Source: an uncultured Acidobacteriota bacterium (GTDB lineage: Bacteria; Acidobacteriota; JAAYUB01). Taken from it: a stretch of 64,000 nucleotides of DNA. A program made the translations under genes and the position numbers. Positions 60,397 through 64,000 of the stretch are shown piece after piece (positions within the stretch are counted from its first letter, which is position 1; the number at the start of each line of letters is the position of its first letter). Under the pieces are notes generated by a model that had not been told where the DNA came from, ran no database searches, and saw nothing but the letters and a program-made list of their open reading frames with translations. The stretch spans positions 3,041 through 67,040 of the forward strand of contig CAYTBK010000005.1 in assembly GCA_964436005.1 (NCBI GenBank), in the 5' to 3' direction.

Positions 60397-61214
60397 GCGC
60401 GTTCTCCATCGGAAACCTGCGGGTGGGCGATTCCCTGGCCGCGCCCTTCTTCATCGCCGGCCCCTGCGTCATCGAGAGCGGGGCGCACGCCTTCTTCCTG
60501 GCCGAGAGCCTGCGGGACATGTTCGCCCGCGTGGGGGCCCCCTTCATCTTCAAGGCGTCCTACGACAAGGCCAACCGGACGTCCATCGGCTCGTTCCGGG
60601 GGCCGGGGCCGGAAGAGGGGCTGCGCATCCTGGAGGACATCCGGAAGCGGCTGGGCGTGCCGGTCCTGACGGACGTGCACGCGGTGGCCGAGGTGGAGAA
60701 GGCGGCCGCCGTGGCCGACGTCCTCCAGGTCCCCGCCTTCCTGTGCCGGCAGACCGACCTCCTGGTCGCCGCCGGGAGGACGGGGCGGGCCGTCAACGTC
60801 AAGAAGGGCCAGTTCCTGGCGCCCTGGGACATGGCCAACGTGGCCGACAAGGTCCGCTCCACGGGGAACGGGCGGGTGATGCTGACCGAACGGGGCCACA
60901 CCCTCGGCTACAACAACCTGGTGGTGGACTTCCGCTCTTTCGCGGTCATGCGCGAGACCGGCTGCCCGGTGGTCTTCGACGCCACCCACTCGGTCCAGAT
61001 CCCTGGCGGGCAGGGGACCGCCTCGGGCGGCGACGCCCGGTTCATCGAGCCCCTGGCCCGGGCGGCGGCCGCCTGCGGCGTCGACGGCCTCTTCTTCGAG
61101 GTGCACGACGAGCCCGCCAGGGCCCTGTGCGATGGGCCCAACGCCCTGCGCCTGGACCGTTTCGAGGGTCTGGTGCGCCGGATCCTGGCGCTGGCCCACC
61201 TGGCCCACACCTGA
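60393..61214 (+). CDS. kdsA: 3-deoxy-8-phosphooctulonate synthase
   Basis: KDO8P synthase motifs ([16 protein letters not shown]); ATGA overlap with pyrG. Confidence 0.9.
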
Positions 61215-61228
61215 TTCAGGAGGGCGAA

Positions 61229-62008
61229 TTGCGCGTTTGCGTCCTGGGCAGCGGCAGCAAGGGGAACTGCACCCTCGTCTCGGAGGGCGGCACCCACGTG
61301 CTGGTGGACTGCGGGCTCTCGGCCCGCCGGACCGTGGCCGCCCTGCGCTCCTTCGGCGTGGACCCGCACAGCCTGGCCGCCATCCTGGTCTCCCACGAGC
61401 ACGCCGACCACGTCTGCGGCCTGCGCACCTTCCTGCGCCACCACGACGTCCCCCTCATGGCCTCGGAGGGGACGGACGCGGGCATCGCCATCCCGGACGC
61501 CGAACCGCGCCGGGTGACTTTCCGGACCGGCGCCGACTTCTCCCTCGGCGGCCTGGAGGTGACGACCTTCCCCGTGTCCCACGACTCCGCCGACCCCTGC
61601 GGCTTCGTCTTCCGCTCCGCCACGGCCGTGGCCGCCCACGTGACGGACTTCGGGTGCATGACCGAGGTGGTGCGCCAGCGCGTGCGGGGGGCCGGCTGCC
61701 TGGTCATCGAGTCCAACCACGACGAGGAGATGCTCAAGGTCGGGCGTTACCCCTGGGACCTCAAGCGGCGGATCCTGGGCCGGCTCGGCCACCTGAGCAA
61801 CCGCACCCTGGCCCGGTTCTTCCTGGAGGACTTCGACGGGGCGGCCCGCCACGTGGTGCTGGCGCACCTCAGCGCCGAGAACAACCACCCCGGCCTCGCC
61901 CTGTCCAGCGCGGAGGAGGCGCTCTCCCACCGCTTCGGGCCCGGGGCCGGGCGGCCGCAGGTGCACGTGGCCGCCCAGGACCGGCCCACGCCCCTCCTGG
62001 AATTCTGA
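61229..62008 (+). CDS. MBL-fold metallo-hydrolase
   Basis: TTG start 5 nt after AGGAGG; HEHADH motif. Confidence 0.7.
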   Translation: MRVCVLGSGSKGNCTLVSEGGTHVLVDCGLSARRTVAALRSFGVDPHSLAAILVSHEHADHVCGLRTFLRHHDVPLMASEGTDAGIAIPDAEPRRVTFRTGADFSLGGLEVTTFPVSHDSADPCGFVFRSATAVAAHVTDFGCMTEVVRQRVRGAGCLVIESNHDEEMLKVGRYPWDLKRRILGRLGHLSNRTLARFFLEDFDGAARHVVLAHLSAENNHPGLALSSAEEALSHRFGPGAGRPQVHVAAQDRPTPLLEF

Positions 62009-62021
62009 CCATCCGCCTTCC

Positions 62022-62050
62022 CGTAGGCGCCTTTCGCCGAAAGGCGCACC
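62022..62050 (+). repeat. REP-like element, second copy
   Basis: ccGTAG-gcgcctttc-gccg-gaaaggcgc; compensatory c->t/g->a change relative to the 47211 copy keeps the stem perfect. Confidence 0.6.
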
Positions 62051-62224
62051 CCCTTTCCCCACCAGGGGATCAAGACACAACGGCCTACCAGTTGGCCGTC
62101 CGCGGGCGTTCAAATCGCCGGCGCCTGTCCACTGCAGCGCCCCTGTGTTCTCCGTGAGAAAATCCGGGAGATCTTTTTCGGGAAAGCGGTGGGTGCGGGG
62201 ATGGTCGCCTGTTCCCGGCCTCCC

Positions 62225-63928
62225 TCACCCCCGGCAGCGGCCGCAGCGGGGGCAGGCGGCGAAACCGGGGCAGGGGGGCGTGAGGACGCCCTGCCGGGCC
62301 CGCTCCCTCTCCCCGTCCAGGTAACCCGGCCGGAAGCCCCGGTCCAGGATGGTCCAGGGCGCGGGGCCTTCGCCCGGGTCCTCCCGCGGCTCTTCGGCCA
62401 TTTCCTTCTCCGAAATCAGGCCCTCCGCCAGCCGGGCCAGTGACGCCGCCAGTTCCGGCCCCCCGGCGCCCAGCCGCCACTGCAGGCGGGCCTCGGAAAT
62501 GGACCCGCAGCGCACGTCCAGGTTCGGCAGGTGGGCCAGGCCCTCCCGGAACCGCTGCAGCCGCCGCCGCAGCACCCGCTCGGGGGCCATGGCCTCCCCC
62601 TGGAACGGCGTGTGCGGCCGGGGCACGAAGGGCGCCACGTTGACGGAGAGCGCCCCCGGGCGGTCCCACGAACGCTGGACCAGCAGGAAGTCGCGGTGGA
62701 GGTCCTGCACCAGCTTCACCGAGGTCTCCACGTCCGCGTCCTCCTCGTCGGGCAGCCCCGTCATGAAATACAAGCGCAATTTTTTTATGCCTGCGGAAAA
62801 GACGCTGGCGCCGAGGTCCCGGATGCGGGCGGGGTCGCAGTCCTTGTTGAGGTAGCGCCCCAGGCGGGGGCTGCCGGTCTCCGGGGCGAGGGTCACGCTG
62901 TCCTCCCCGCCGGCGGCGAGCAGGCGCAGCCGCTCCGGGGTGACGTCGGCCAGGCGCAGGGATGACACGCCCGTCCGGTACCCCAGGGAGAGCAGTTCCC
63001 GGAAAAGCTCGTCGGCCCCGGGGTGGCCGAAGACCGCGGTGGAGACCAGCCCGATCTTGCCGGTGTGCGGTCGGGCCGCCCGGGCCAGATCCAGGATGGC
63101 CTCGGCGGGGAAGGGGCGGGGCGGGCGGTGCCAGTGGCCGGCCCAGCAGAAGCGGCACCCCCCCGGGCAGCCGCGGGAGATCTCCACCAGCAGGGTGCCG
63201 GCGAACTCGGCGGCGTCGGACAGGAGGTTGGAAAAGGGCGGCCCGGACTCCGCCAGGACCTCCGCCCGGGCGGGTGGGACGGGCAGGGTGAAGGGCCGCT
63301 CCCGCGTCCAGGGCCAGAGCGCGGGCACCCAGACGCCGGGCAGTTCCGCCGCGCGCGCCAGGAAGCCGGCCCGGTCGGGGGCTTCCCGGTAGGCTTCCAG
63401 CAGGGCGGTCAGGCAGGTCTCGCCTTCCGCCGGGGCGATGACGTCCAGGAAGGGGGCGTAGGGCACGGGGTTGATCTGGAAGGCGGCCCCGCCGGCCAGG
63501 ATCAGGGGGTGCCGCCGGTCGCGCTCGGCGGACCGCAGCGGGATGCCGGCGGTCCGGAGGAAGCGCAGCAGGTCGGGGAAGTCGGGCTCGTAGGAGACCG
63601 TGCCGGCCAGCAGGTGGCATTCGCCGGCGTCGCGGCCGGTCTCCAGCGACTGGGCGCGCCCGCGGTCGGCCGGGCGGCCGCCGGGGTCCCGGGCCAGGAA
63701 CCGCTCGGCGCAGAAGCCCTCCGTCCGCCCGATCCGGTGCAGCAGCCACTGGAAGCCCAGGGAGCTCATGGCCACAGGGTAGGGGCCGGGCGCCACTACC
63801 CCGACGATCCAGTCGTCGTGGCGTTTGGGCGGGAACACCGGCGTTTCGGCCGGGGCCCCGCGCTCCGCCGGTCGGCCCGGCCGGCCGTTGCCCCGCCCCC
63901 GGGGGCGTTCCGGGGCCGGTCCCCTCAC
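62225..63928 (-). CDS. B12-binding-domain radical SAM protein
   Basis: CPGGCRFC radical SAM cysteine motif; GTG start forms a GTGA overlap with the upstream gene stop. Confidence 0.65.
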   Translation of the reverse strand: MRGPAPERPRGRGNGRPGRPAERGAPAETPVFPPKRHDDWIVGVVAPGPYPVAMSSLGFQWLLHRIGRTEGFCAERFLARDPGGRPADRGRAQSLETGRDAGECHLLAGTVSYEPDFPDLLRFLRTAGIPLRSAERDRRHPLILAGGAAFQINPVPYAPFLDVIAPAEGETCLTALLEAYREAPDRAGFLARAAELPGVWVPALWPWTRERPFTLPVPPARAEVLAESGPPFSNLLSDAAEFAGTLLVEISRGCPGGCRFCWAGHWHRPPRPFPAEAILDLARAARPHTGKIGLVSTAVFGHPGADELFRELLSLGYRTGVSSLRLADVTPERLRLLAAGGEDSVTLAPETGSPRLGRYLNKDCDPARIRDLGASVFSAGIKKLRLYFMTGLPDEEDADVETSVKLVQDLHRDFLLVQRSWDRPGALSVNVAPFVPRPHTPFQGEAMAPERVLRRRLQRFREGLAHLPNLDVRCGSISEARLQWRLGAGGPELAASLARLAEGLISEKEMAEEPREDPGEGPAPWTILDRGFRPGYLDGERERARQGVLTPPCPGFAACPRCGRCRG

Positions 63929-64000
63929 GCCAGGCGCTCCACGGCCGACTCCATGATCCAGCCCAGGAGCTGGTCGTAGGGAATGCCCAGCAGGCGGCAG
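63925..64000 (-). CDS. 3' end of an upstream minus-strand gene (truncated by window end)
   Basis: In-frame ...RLLGIPYDQLLGWIMESAVERLA* ending in a TGA that overlaps the radical-SAM GTG. Confidence 0.3.
   Translation of the reverse strand, partial: CRLLGIPYDQLLGWIMESAVERLA

Noticed and set aside
62085-63979. Alternative-frame 554-aa minus ORF and 318-aa plus ORF over the radical SAM gene
   Set aside because: Only the 62225-63928 frame contains the CxxxCxxC radical SAM motif.

Overview
High-GC (roughly 65-70% by eye) bacterial chromosomal window with long antisense shadow ORFs; I called genes from recognisable motifs, start codon/SD context and overlap logic. Layout: (1) 1-6.4 kb: a mobile-element-like block that ends next to the 3' ends of a tRNA-Val/tRNA-Asp pair. 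It carries three translationally coupled genes ending in a VirD4/TraD-like coupling ATPase, a replication-relaxation (wHTH) protein preceded by a densely nested inverted-repeat region, an AT-rich island, and two Xis/AlpA-like HTH genes. (2) 6.7-20.6 kb: housekeeping genes (GNATs, ankyrin-repeat protein, Nudix, YraN, a beta-propeller sensor histidine kinase, ClpS-ClpA, and a natural SEDS-class B PBP fusion). (3) 20.9-47.2 kb: three very large secreted proteins (transglutaminase-like motif, FG-GAP, Fn3, RCC1, beta-helix) that share an unrecognised ~100-aa C-terminal repeat module. They are interrupted by GT4, an orphan NuoI-like ferredoxin, GluQRS, adenosine deaminase, and queC/queD, and are followed by a FadL-like OMP. 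(4) 47.2-58.6 kb: a REP-like palindrome family with a conserved GTAG head. Two inverted copies of a composite ~135-220 bp repeat bracket a 9.7 kb partly low-GC segment (two SAM methyltransferases, SLOG/Mo-carrier-like protein, M2 and M14 peptidases, an orphan short flagellin with a sigma54-like promoter), and an IS200/RAYT-like Y1 transposase lies just outside. (5) pyrG-kdsA-MBL hydrolase, another REP copy, and a B12/radical-SAM protein. No CRISPR array or rRNA seen.
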